64,000 nucleotides of DNA, taken from the NCBI GenBank assembly GCA_965242525.1, contig OZ251459.1, positions 2,464,001 through 2,528,000 of the forward strand, read 5' to 3'. Numbering within the stretch: position 1 is the first letter of the stretch; every line of letters begins with the position of its first letter. The notes beneath the pieces are model-generated. The model had not been told where the DNA came from and searched no databases. It was given only the letters and a program-made list of their open reading frames with translations. Below, piece after piece: positions 9,866 through 17,909 of the stretch. The DNA is from an uncultured Candidatus Binatia bacterium. Its GTDB lineage: Bacteria > Desulfobacterota > Binatia > UBA9968 > JAJDTQ01. The position numbers and the translations under genes are program-made.

Positions 9866-10636
9866 ATGATCGAAGGGTTGCAGGGCAAGGTGGTGATCGT
9901 CACGGGCGGAGGGCACGGCATCGGCAAGGCGTACTGCGAAGCCTTCACCAGGTCGGGTTCCCGGGTGGTGGCGGCGGACATCGACGCCGAGGCCGCGGAG
10001 AAGGTGGCGGGGGACTTGGCCAAGTTGAGCGAGGCCGGCTCCATGTCCGTGCACGTGGACGTGTCCGAGGAAAAGTCGGCCAACGAGATGGTGGCCAGGA
10101 CCGTCGAGCGTTTCGGCCGGGTGGACGTGCTCGTGAACAACGCCTCGATCTTCGCCACCATCCCCATGAGCCGGGGCCGCATCGAAGAGATCAGCATCGA
10201 GGAATGGGACCGGCTCATGTCCGTGAACCTCAAGGGCGTGTTCCTGTGCTGCCGCGCGGTGCTGCCGCAGATGCGCCAGCAGAAGTCCGGCAAGATCATC
10301 AACGTCGCTTCGGGCACCGCGCTCTACGGCCCCCCGGGCCGCATCCACTACGTGGCTTCCAAGGCCGGGGTCATGGGGTTCAGCCGCACCCTGGCCCGGG
10401 AGGTGGGCGAGGACAACATCCAGGTGAACATCCTGTGCCCCGGGTCGACCCTGTCCGAGGAGAACCCCACCGAGGACATCCTCAAGATGCGCCAGAGCAG
10501 CATCGGCCAGCGCGCGCTCAAGCGGGTGCAGGTGCCCCAGGACCTCGTGGGCGGCGTCCTCTTCATGGCCTCTCCGCTGGCCGACTTCATGACCGGACAG
10601 ACCCTGGTGGTGGACGGCGGCCAGAACATGCATTAG
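9866..10636 (+). CDS. SDR family NAD(P)-dependent oxidoreductase
   Basis: TGGGHGIG, VNNA, YVASK motifs; GAGGAG RBS before ATG 9866. Confidence 0.93.
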   Translation: MIEGLQGKVVIVTGGGHGIGKAYCEAFTRSGSRVVAADIDAEAAEKVAGDLAKLSEAGSMSVHVDVSEEKSANEMVARTVERFGRVDVLVNNASIFATIPMSRGRIEEISIEEWDRLMSVNLKGVFLCCRAVLPQMRQQKSGKIINVASGTALYGPPGRIHYVASKAGVMGFSRTLAREVGEDNIQVNILCPGSTLSEENPTEDILKMRQSSIGQRALKRVQVPQDLVGGVLFMASPLADFMTGQTLVVDGGQNMH

Positions 10637-10664
10637 GAACCGCGGAACAATCGGGACAGAGGGT

Positions 10665-10939
10665 ATGAGCGCGTCCTTCGACTCCGCTTCGCTACGCTCA
10701 GGACGAACGGGAATAGGGGCGTCAGGGTGAGGGAATCGGGAATCCATCCTGGATGGCTCGATTGTTCAGAGGTCCCATTGGGAACCGCGGAACATGCATT
10801 GGGGAACGGCGGAACCATCGAGACAGGGAGGACGGATTCCCGCACCCTGACCCTCCTGTCCCGTTCGTCCCGAGCGCAGCGAATCGTCCCATTCCGTTCG
10901 TCCTGAGCGTAGCGAAGCGGAGTCGAAGGACGCGCTCAT
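10665..10939. repeat. Inverted pair of family A REP-like repeats (REPIN-like)
   Basis: ATGAGCGCGTCCTTCGACTCCGCTTCGCTACGCTCAGGACGAACGG at 10665 and its reverse complement ending at 10939; further inner IRs. Confidence 0.85.
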
Positions 10940-10959
10940 GCCCCTTCCCGGTCCCGACC

Positions 10960-12342
10960 ATGCCACAGACCGATGTCGTCCGGCGTCTCACGGTCCTGTT
11001 GGGCGCCGGCTCGGTCCTCACGGATGAGGACGAGACCGACCTGCGCGCCTGGGACGGGCTGAGCACGAGCCGCATCCATCCGCGCCGCCCCATCGACCCC
11101 GTCCGTCCGTTGTGCGTCTGCCTTCCCGCCTCCACCGACGAGGTCCGGGCCGTCGTGCGGGCGGCCAACGAGGCCCGGGTCCCGGTGGTCCCCTACGGCG
11201 GTGGTTCGGGCCTGATGGGGGGCGCGGTCTCGCTGGCTCCCGGCATCGTCGTGGACCTGGGGAGGATGGACGCGGTGCTGGAGATCGACCCGGAGGCCCT
11301 CACGGTCCGGGTGCAGGCCGGGGCGGTGCTGGAAGTCCTGGACGCGGCCCTGGGCGGTTCCGGCCTCATGCTGGGCCACGACCCGTGGACGCTGCCGGTG
11401 GCCACGGTCGGAGGAGCCGTTTCCACCAACGGCCTCGGGTATCGCGGCGGCAAGTACGGCTCCATGGGGAGCCAGGTGCTGGGGGTCGAGGCGGTGCTGC
11501 CCGAGGGGCAGGTCTGTCGTACCCGGGGCGTGGTCCAGAACTCCACCGGCATCGACCTGGACCGCCTCTTCATCGGCGGCGAGGGCTGCTTCGGGATACT
11601 CACCGAGGCGACTCTCCGGGTCTTCCCGAAGCCCGAGAAGCGTTCCCTCCACGCGGTCCGGTTCGACTCCTTCGCGTGCGGGTTCCGCGCCGTCCGGGAA
11701 CTCTTCCGCGCCGGCCTGTCGCCGGTCCTGCTCGACTACGGTGACGAGACCGAGGATGCGGACGGACCCGCGCTCCTCTACCTGGGCTTCGAGGGCAAGG
11801 CCGAGCTGGTGGCCGCGGAGGACGCGGTGGCGCTGGAGGTCTGCTCCGCAAACCGGGGAGCGGACCTCGACGCGGGCGAGGCCGAACGGTTCTGGCGGGG
11901 TCGTCATGCCGCGGGGCGCCGGTTCGCCGCCAACCGGAGGGAACGCCGCGCCCCCAGCGAGCAGGGGGCGCACCAGGACTGGGTGCACGTGGCCTTGCCG
12001 GCGTCGAAGGTCCTGGCCTACCGGCGGGAGGCCCTCGCCATCGTGGCCGCGCACGGAGCGCGTTTCCGGGAGAGCGGGTTGTGGACTCGCCCGGAGCTCT
12101 TCTCGCTGCGCCTCTCCGTGGAAGGAGGGGACGAGGCCCGGGCGGCCCTCGGGGACGCGGTCCTGGCGCTGCTCCGGAGCGTACACGGTTTCGGCGGCTC
12201 GGTGGAGTACTGCCACGGAGTGGGGGTCAAGCTCGCTCCGCTCATGGCCGACGAGCACCGCGGCAACCTGGAACTGATGCGCTCTCTGAAGCGGCGCCTG
12301 GACCCCAACGGCGTCATGAACCCCGGCAAGCTCGGCCTGTAG
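10960..12342 (+). CDS. FAD-binding oxidoreductase (GlcD/alkyl-DHAP synthase-like)
   Basis: PYGGGSGLMGG, ATVGGAVSTNG, GGEGCFGILT, C-terminal YCHGVG and DPNGVMNPGK. Confidence 0.9.
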   Translation: MPQTDVVRRLTVLLGAGSVLTDEDETDLRAWDGLSTSRIHPRRPIDPVRPLCVCLPASTDEVRAVVRAANEARVPVVPYGGGSGLMGGAVSLAPGIVVDLGRMDAVLEIDPEALTVRVQAGAVLEVLDAALGGSGLMLGHDPWTLPVATVGGAVSTNGLGYRGGKYGSMGSQVLGVEAVLPEGQVCRTRGVVQNSTGIDLDRLFIGGEGCFGILTEATLRVFPKPEKRSLHAVRFDSFACGFRAVRELFRAGLSPVLLDYGDETEDADGPALLYLGFEGKAELVAAEDAVALEVCSANRGADLDAGEAERFWRGRHAAGRRFAANRRERRAPSEQGAHQDWVHVALPASKVLAYRREALAIVAAHGARFRESGLWTRPELFSLRLSVEGGDEARAALGDAVLALLRSVHGFGGSVEYCHGVGVKLAPLMADEHRGNLELMRSLKRRLDPNGVMNPGKLGL

Positions 12343-12483
12343 CGGCCCTCCATGAGCCGGACGGACTCCCGGCGGACGACGGTTCCGGGACGCCGCAGGT
12401 CCCGTGCGCCCGACGCGGCTTGGCGTTCGGCGGCGCGCTGTGGTACGAAAGAGGGAATTTCCAACTATCCGGGGAGGTCCACA

Positions 12484-12777
12484 GTGTCGTTGGTCACCGT
12501 GAAACCGAAGTTCCAGGTCACCATCCCCGCCAAGCTGCGCAGAGGGATCAACCTGCATGAGGGTGACGTCATGGAGGCTACCGTCGTGGGGGACGGCATC
12601 CTGTTTCGACCCATGGAGGTGGTGGACCGGAACGCGGCCGCCGACCGTATCGCCGCGGGTTTGTCCGCGGCGGAGCCCTCGTCCGAGGACATGGGCCGCA
12701 CCGAGGACGAGATCATGGAAGACGCCATCGCCGACATCGCGGCCTCCCGCCGGGAGCACCGTAACCGCACGGGATGA
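12484..12777 (+). CDS. AbrB/MazE-type antitoxin
   Basis: VTVKPKFQVTIPAKLRRGINLHEGD swapped-hairpin motif; ATGA overlap with the PIN gene. Confidence 0.85.
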   Translation: MSLVTVKPKFQVTIPAKLRRGINLHEGDVMEATVVGDGILFRPMEVVDRNAAADRIAAGLSAAEPSSEDMGRTEDEIMEDAIADIAASRREHRNRTG

Positions 12778-13166
12778 AGGTTGTCATCGACTGCAACGTT
12801 CTGGTTTCGGCATCTCGGATCGACGGCGCCTGCCGCAAGGTCATCGACAATGCAGTGCGATGGCACGCCATCGTCCTTTCGGACCCCATCCTTGCGGAAT
12901 ACGAGACCGTCGCGGAACGACCCAAGCACGCGCCTTACCGCGATGCCCTGCGAGCGGTGATCTGCGAGTTGGAGCGAGTGGCCGTCTTCGTCGAACCGGC
13001 GAATGTTTCATTCGGTCTCAGAGATCATGACGACGAAATCTATCTGGCGACCGCAGCAGGCGGTGGAGCGGTCCTGATCACCGGCAACAGCCGCGATTTC
13101 ACGGAGTCGCGATACGGGTCCGTCAAGGTTTTCTCTCCGCGCGCCTTTCTCGATCGAACCACGTGA
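12774..13166 (+). CDS. PIN-domain toxin
   Basis: MKVVIDCNVLVSA, LAEY, RDHDDEIYL, LITGNSRDF. Confidence 0.88.
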   Translation: MKVVIDCNVLVSASRIDGACRKVIDNAVRWHAIVLSDPILAEYETVAERPKHAPYRDALRAVICELERVAVFVEPANVSFGLRDHDDEIYLATAAGGGAVLITGNSRDFTESRYGSVKVFSPRAFLDRTT

Positions 13167-13238
13167 CGGCTACCCAAGAATCTGGTGTGGGGAAGCAGCG
13201 ATGGCCAGGACGATACCGGAATGGAAGGAGCGCCGGAC

Positions 13239-14894
13239 ATGACGGAACGGAGCATGAGACGCTTCAACACCGAAGGGCCGGTTCGCCCGGAGGACCACTA
13301 CGCCGTTTCGCCGCTGGCGCGGGTGGACGTGGAGGAACTGCTGGGGCTGATCCGCGGCAAGCGCTACTTCGTGCTGCACGCGCCGCGGCAGACCGGCAAG
13401 ACATCCGCCCTGATCGCCCTGCGCGACCACTTGAACGGCGGCGCGGCCGGCGACTTCCGCTGCGTGAACGTGAACGTCGAGGTCGCCCAGGTGGCGCGCG
13501 ACGACGTGGCGCGGGGCATGCGCGCGGTCCTGGGCAGCCTGGCCGACAGCGCGATGCTGCTGGGCGACGACTACCCTGGCGGGGCTTGGCTGGACGTCCT
13601 GGCGGACATGGGGCCAGAGAACGCCCTCAAGGGACTGCTCACCCGCTGGTGCCTGGCGAACCCGACGCCGCTGGTGCTGCTGGTGGACGAGATCGACTCG
13701 CTGGTGGGAGACACGCTGCTGTCGGTGCTGCGCCAACTCCGCGCCGGCTACGAGCAGCGCCCGAAAGGCTTTCCCCAGAGCGTGGTGCTGTGCGGGGTGC
13801 GCGACATCCGCGATTACCGCATCCGGTCGAGCGCCGGGGAGGTGGTCGCCGGCGGCAGCCCCTTCAACGTGGCGGCGAAGTCGCTGCGCCTGGGGGACTT
13901 CACCGAGGCGGAGACCCGGGCGCTGGTGGGGCAGCACACGGAGGAGACCGGCCAGGGATTCACCGCCGCGGCGCTGGAGGCGGTGTGGACGCAGACCCGG
14001 GGGCAGCCGTGGCTGGTGAACGCGCTCTGCGCCGGGGCGTGCTTCGACGACAAGGCGGGACGGGACCGTTCGCGAACCATTGGGGAGAACGACATCTACG
14101 CCGCCCGGGAAGACCTCATCCTCTCGCGGCGCACGCACTTGGACCAGTTGGCCCACAAGCTGGAAGAGGAGCGGGTGCGTCGGGTCATCGAGCCGATCCT
14201 GAGCGGCGGGGATGCGCAGCACGAGGTTCGGGACCTGGAATACCTGCGCGACCTGGGGCTGATCGACGGCAGCGAGCCGCCGCGCATGGCGAACCCCATC
14301 TACGCGGAGGTGGTGCCGCGGGAACTGGGCTACGTCCTGCAGAGCAGCCTGGATCAACAGCCGGCGTGGTACGTGGACGGCGCGGGCGGGCTGGACATGG
14401 CCAAGCTGCTGACGGCGTTCCGCACGTTCTTCCGGGAGCACTCGGAGCACTGGCTGGGGCGCTTCGAGGACTACCCGGAGGCGGGTCCGCAGCTCATCCT
14501 GCAGGCGTACCTGCAGCGGGTGGTGAACGGGGGCGGGCGCATCGAGCGGGAGTACGGGCTGGGGCGTGGAAGGACCGACCTCCTGGTGCTGTGGCCCCGG
14601 GAGCCGGGGCAGCCGTCCGAGTTCTGGGAGAGGTTCGTGGTGGAGTGCAAGGTGCTGCGGGACTCGGACCGCAAGAGCCTGGCCGGGACCGTCGAGCGGG
14701 GCGTGGAGCAGACGTTGGGTTACATGGAGAAGTGCGGCGCGAGGGAAGGGCACCTGGTGGTGATCGACCGCCGGAGCGAGGAGCGGCGGCGCGGCGACGG
14801 GGAGGCGGGCGGAAGCGGGCCGCGCCCCGAAGGCGAGGAGGCCCGAAGCGGAGGCCGGCAGGACGGCGGCGAAGTCGTGGTCTGGACCCTGTAG
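13239..14894 (+). CDS. AAA-type P-loop ATPase with C-terminal PD-(D/E)XK-like nuclease domain
   Basis: FNTEGP N-terminus, APRQTGKTS, LLVDEID, and REYGLGRGRTDL...VVECK. Confidence 0.85.
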   Translation: MTERSMRRFNTEGPVRPEDHYAVSPLARVDVEELLGLIRGKRYFVLHAPRQTGKTSALIALRDHLNGGAAGDFRCVNVNVEVAQVARDDVARGMRAVLGSLADSAMLLGDDYPGGAWLDVLADMGPENALKGLLTRWCLANPTPLVLLVDEIDSLVGDTLLSVLRQLRAGYEQRPKGFPQSVVLCGVRDIRDYRIRSSAGEVVAGGSPFNVAAKSLRLGDFTEAETRALVGQHTEETGQGFTAAALEAVWTQTRGQPWLVNALCAGACFDDKAGRDRSRTIGENDIYAAREDLILSRRTHLDQLAHKLEEERVRRVIEPILSGGDAQHEVRDLEYLRDLGLIDGSEPPRMANPIYAEVVPRELGYVLQSSLDQQPAWYVDGAGGLDMAKLLTAFRTFFREHSEHWLGRFEDYPEAGPQLILQAYLQRVVNGGGRIEREYGLGRGRTDLLVLWPREPGQPSEFWERFVVECKVLRDSDRKSLAGTVERGVEQTLGYMEKCGAREGHLVVIDRRSEERRRGDGEAGGSGPRPEGEEARSGGRQDGGEVVVWTL

Positions 14895-14998
14895 CACCGG
14901 GCCGGCCTTTGACATTCGCGCGGAATCCCGATAGGGTGGCTCCAAAGAATGAAATCGAAGGCATATCGGACACGAATAGACGGCCGCGACCGGCGTTG

Positions 14999-15035
14999 AA
15001 AGAACTGCACCCGCTGAGGTGCAGTTCTTTTTTTT
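14999..15035 (+). terminator. Intrinsic terminator-like hairpin
   Basis: AAAGAACTGCACC-cgctga-GGTGCAGTTCTTT followed by a T tract. Confidence 0.75.
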
Positions 15036-15063
15036 GCCGGGCGGCCGGCGGCTGGAGGACAAC

Positions 15064-15798
15064 GTGTTGCGGGAGCAGTTGGAGACATTGGCGGTGCTCC
15101 AGGGCATCGACCTGGAGGTGAAGGGGCACGCCACCGCGCGGACGCAACGGCTCGAGGAGATCGAGGCGCGGGAGGGCGAGATCGCCAGGTTGGCCGCGGA
15201 AGTCAAGACGCTGAAGGAGGCGTGGGAGGAAAGGGACGAAGTCCGGCGCGCCAAGGAGCAGACGCTGCACGACGCCGGCAGGAAGGCCACCAACCGGCGC
15301 ATGCGCATGGGCCAGATCAAGAACATCAAGGAGTTGCAGGCGCTCCAGCGGGAGATCGCGCAGATCAAGGAATCCAACGCCATCCTGGAGGAGGAGCTGA
15401 TCGAGGTGTTGTCCGACGTGGAGGAGCAGGAGAGCGTGTGGAAGCGGAAGGAAGAGGACCTCCAGGGCCTTCGGAGCGATTGGGACCAACGCAAGGGCGC
15501 GCTGAAACGGGAGATCGCCGAGATCGAGGGGCGGATGGTCCAGGCGCGCAAGGGGCGCGACGAGACCGCGTCGCGCCTCGACGCCAACCTCATGGGCAAG
15601 TACGAGTTGCTCTTCGACCGGCGCGGCGGCACCGCGGTGGTGACGGTGACGTCGGCCATCTGCCAGGCCTGCCACATGAACATCCCGCCGCAGCTATGGA
15701 ACGACGTGCTGCGCAACGAGCGCATGAACCTGTGCCCGAGCTGCCAGCGTATCCTCTTCTACAACCCGCCGGCCCCGGAACGGGACGGACAACCCTGA
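15064..15798 (+). CDS. C4-type zinc-ribbon coiled-coil protein (DUF164)
   Basis: LQGIDLE, KNIKELQALQREI, CQACHMNIPPQ...CPSCQRILF; GGAGG RBS. Confidence 0.9.
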   Translation: MLREQLETLAVLQGIDLEVKGHATARTQRLEEIEAREGEIARLAAEVKTLKEAWEERDEVRRAKEQTLHDAGRKATNRRMRMGQIKNIKELQALQREIAQIKESNAILEEELIEVLSDVEEQESVWKRKEEDLQGLRSDWDQRKGALKREIAEIEGRMVQARKGRDETASRLDANLMGKYELLFDRRGGTAVVTVTSAICQACHMNIPPQLWNDVLRNERMNLCPSCQRILFYNPPAPERDGQP

Positions 15799-15840
15799 AC
15801 CGGGTCTTCCGGCTTTCGCGGGTAAAGCAGGACCACCTCC

Positions 15841-16007
15841 CGTCATTCCCGCGAAAGCGGGAATCTATCCGGTTTCATCGATCTCGTTGTACAAACCTCC
15901 CTAGCTCGGATGACCCTTCTCTATCCCCTCGATCTTCCTTGCCCGATTCCATTGCTGGCGCACAGGTTTGGTCGGAAGGATGGATTCCCGCTTTCGCGGG
16001 AATGACG
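15841..16007. mobile_element. MITE-like unit: family B palindromic ends around a GIY-YIG 3' remnant
   Basis: CGTCATTCCCGCGAAAGCGGGAATC ... GATTCCCGCTTTCGCGGGAATGACG; interior similar to 38903-38974 and 52383-52480. Confidence 0.75.
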
Positions 16008-16187
16008 GAGTGGGGCGTCCGCGACGCCAAACCGAGGACGGCATGGTCGGAATGGGAAGGAAGCGGACCTCATCGCGCGGGTGGGGAGTGTCACAACCCA
16101 CACGAATTCCTGAAGATCCCCCCTGATCGCCGGTTTCTCGGCTCCGGGGGTTGCAACCGCGCTCCATAGGGGGGAGACTGTGGCTTG

Positions 16188-16572
16188 GGGGCACAGTGGA
16201 TCAGACGGTCGCTTCCGCGGCGACGCGGGAGAGGAAAGTCCGGACTCCGCAGGACAGGGTGGCCGTTAACGGCGGCCTCGAGTGATCGAGGGAAAGTGCC
16301 ACAGAAAACATACCGCCCGACCGGCTCCGGGTCCAACCGGACCGTCGGGCAAGGTTGAAAAGGCGAGGTAAGAGCTCACCGGTCCGTCAGTGATGACGGG
16401 CGCATGGTAAACCCCACCCGGAGCAAGACCGAATAGGAGGGTCGGGTCGTCCGCCCGGAACCCCTCGGGTATGGTCGCTGGACCCCGTGAGCAATCACGG
16501 GGCAAGATGAATGACCGTCCCGCTTCCTGTTGGGAAGCGCGACAGAATCCGGCTTAACGATCCGCTGTCCCC
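16188..16572 (+). ncRNA. rnpB: RNase P RNA (type A)
   Basis: GAGGAAAGTCCGGACT, GGAAAGTGCCACAGAAA, GGTAAACCCCACCCGGAGCAAG, ACAGAATCCGGCTTA; P1 ACAGTGGATC/GATCCGCTGT. Confidence 0.96.
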
Positions 16573-16619
16573 CATCCCCCGTCGGGGTTCCCCCTTCAGC
16601 CCCGCCGTACCCCCCCCCC

Positions 16620-16722
16620 TGCGGGCGGGACGCCCGCGTTCCCGGGAAAGGCGCTTCCCCGGGCCGGCTCACTGCCCTCACGGGCCACGGACCCCCCTGG
16701 GAACGCGGGCGTCCCGCCCGCA
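16620..16722. repeat. Inverted REP-like pair (family C)
   Basis: TGCGGGCGGGACGCCCGCGTTCCC (16620-16643) and its exact reverse complement (16699-16722). Confidence 0.8.
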
Positions 16723-16948
16723 TCCGAACAACGTCCCGCAAGACCTTGCCCACACGGAAGCCGGTCGATCTCGAAAAAAAGAGCGCCGCGCCGCCGCGGC
16801 CCGTCACGGCCTTCCGCCGCCTGCACTCCTACATTTTGTGGCCGGTCTCCGTCCGAGCGCCCGGAAGCACCTAGATATGGGTGGCTCTCCCGTTGTCCGG
16901 GAGGCATTCCACAGCCTTTCAGCCGTGCGGAAACATGGGTTTTTGGTG

Positions 16949-17012
16949 TTGACAGGCGCGAGACCAAGTAGGTATAGTCCCGCATGGTGGGATAAAGTGG
17001 GATGAAATCCCA
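16949..17012 (+). promoter_or_regulatory. dcw promoter with MraZ boxes
   Basis: TTGACA-18-TATAGT; GTGGGA repeats 10 bp apart at 16987 and 16997, plus inverted TCCCA at 17008. Confidence 0.8.
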
Positions 17013-17038
17013 TAAGCGATCTCCCAGGATTTCAGTCC

Positions 17039-17491
17039 ATGTTTCGAGGCAGATACGAGCATACGGTCGATACCAAGGGGCGCTTGAGCATTCCGGCCAA
17101 GTATCGGGAAGTCCTCCTGGGCAAGGATGACGAACGGCTCATCATTACAAATTTCGTCATCGACTCCAAGCGTTGCCTCGACGTCTATCCCCTGGACGCG
17201 TGGCGTTCCCTGGAGGAGGCGGCGGACGCGAAGCCCCAGTTCGACCCCCGCATGGCGGCGTTCCAGAACTATTACATGAGCGGGGCAAAGGAATGCACGC
17301 TGGACCCCCACGGGCGCATACTCATCCCGCCCGAGCTGCGGCAGCACGCCGGCCTGAAGCGCGACGTGATGCTGGTGTCCGCGGGCAAGAAGTTCCGCAT
17401 CTGGGACAAGGACGCCTGGCAGGCGGTGTTCACGGGAGCGGAAGCGCAACTCATGGAAGACCCGGGCTTCTTCGCGGACCTCGGGTTGTGA
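17039..17491 (+). CDS. mraZ: Transcriptional repressor MraZ
   Basis: MFRGRYEHTVDTKGRLSIPAKYR, LDPHGRILIP. Confidence 0.96.
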   Translation: MFRGRYEHTVDTKGRLSIPAKYREVLLGKDDERLIITNFVIDSKRCLDVYPLDAWRSLEEAADAKPQFDPRMAAFQNYYMSGAKECTLDPHGRILIPPELRQHAGLKRDVMLVSAGKKFRIWDKDAWQAVFTGAEAQLMEDPGFFADLGL

Positions 17492-17528
17492 GTCCGGGCA
17501 CAGAGACACCGAAGGAAAGGAGCGACCC

Positions 17529-17897
17529 ATGATCGGACTCGACAGGAAGGCCATCCAGGACATTGCCGTCATCGACGTGAGCGGCGACATCGACCTCGGC
17601 GAAGCGGTGCGGATCAAGCAGATGATCGGGGACTTGATCGAGAAGGAGCGTCCGAGGGTCATCCTCAACCTCAAGGCGGTGGACTGGATCAACCACCTGG
17701 GCATCGGCGTGCTGCGGGAGCGCCTGCGGCTCTTGCAGGCCATGAACGGCGACCTCAAGCTCTCCGGCATGAGCCCCTACCTGAGGGACGTCTTCAGGAT
17801 CGTGGGCATGGACGGGGCCTTCGAGTTCTACCCCTCGCTGGACGAGGCCATCCAGAGCTTCGACGACGACTGGGACGGGTCCGCGACCTGCCATTGA
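17529..17897 (+). CDS. STAS-domain (anti-sigma-factor antagonist-like) protein
   Basis: VIDVSGDIDL, VILNLKAVDWINHLGIGVL, GDLKLSGM, VFRIVGMD, FYPSLDEA. Confidence 0.85.
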   Translation: MIGLDRKAIQDIAVIDVSGDIDLGEAVRIKQMIGDLIEKERPRVILNLKAVDWINHLGIGVLRERLRLLQAMNGDLKLSGMSPYLRDVFRIVGMDGAFEFYPSLDEAIQSFDDDWDGSATCH

Positions 17898-17909
17898 GCG
17901 GTGGGCTCC

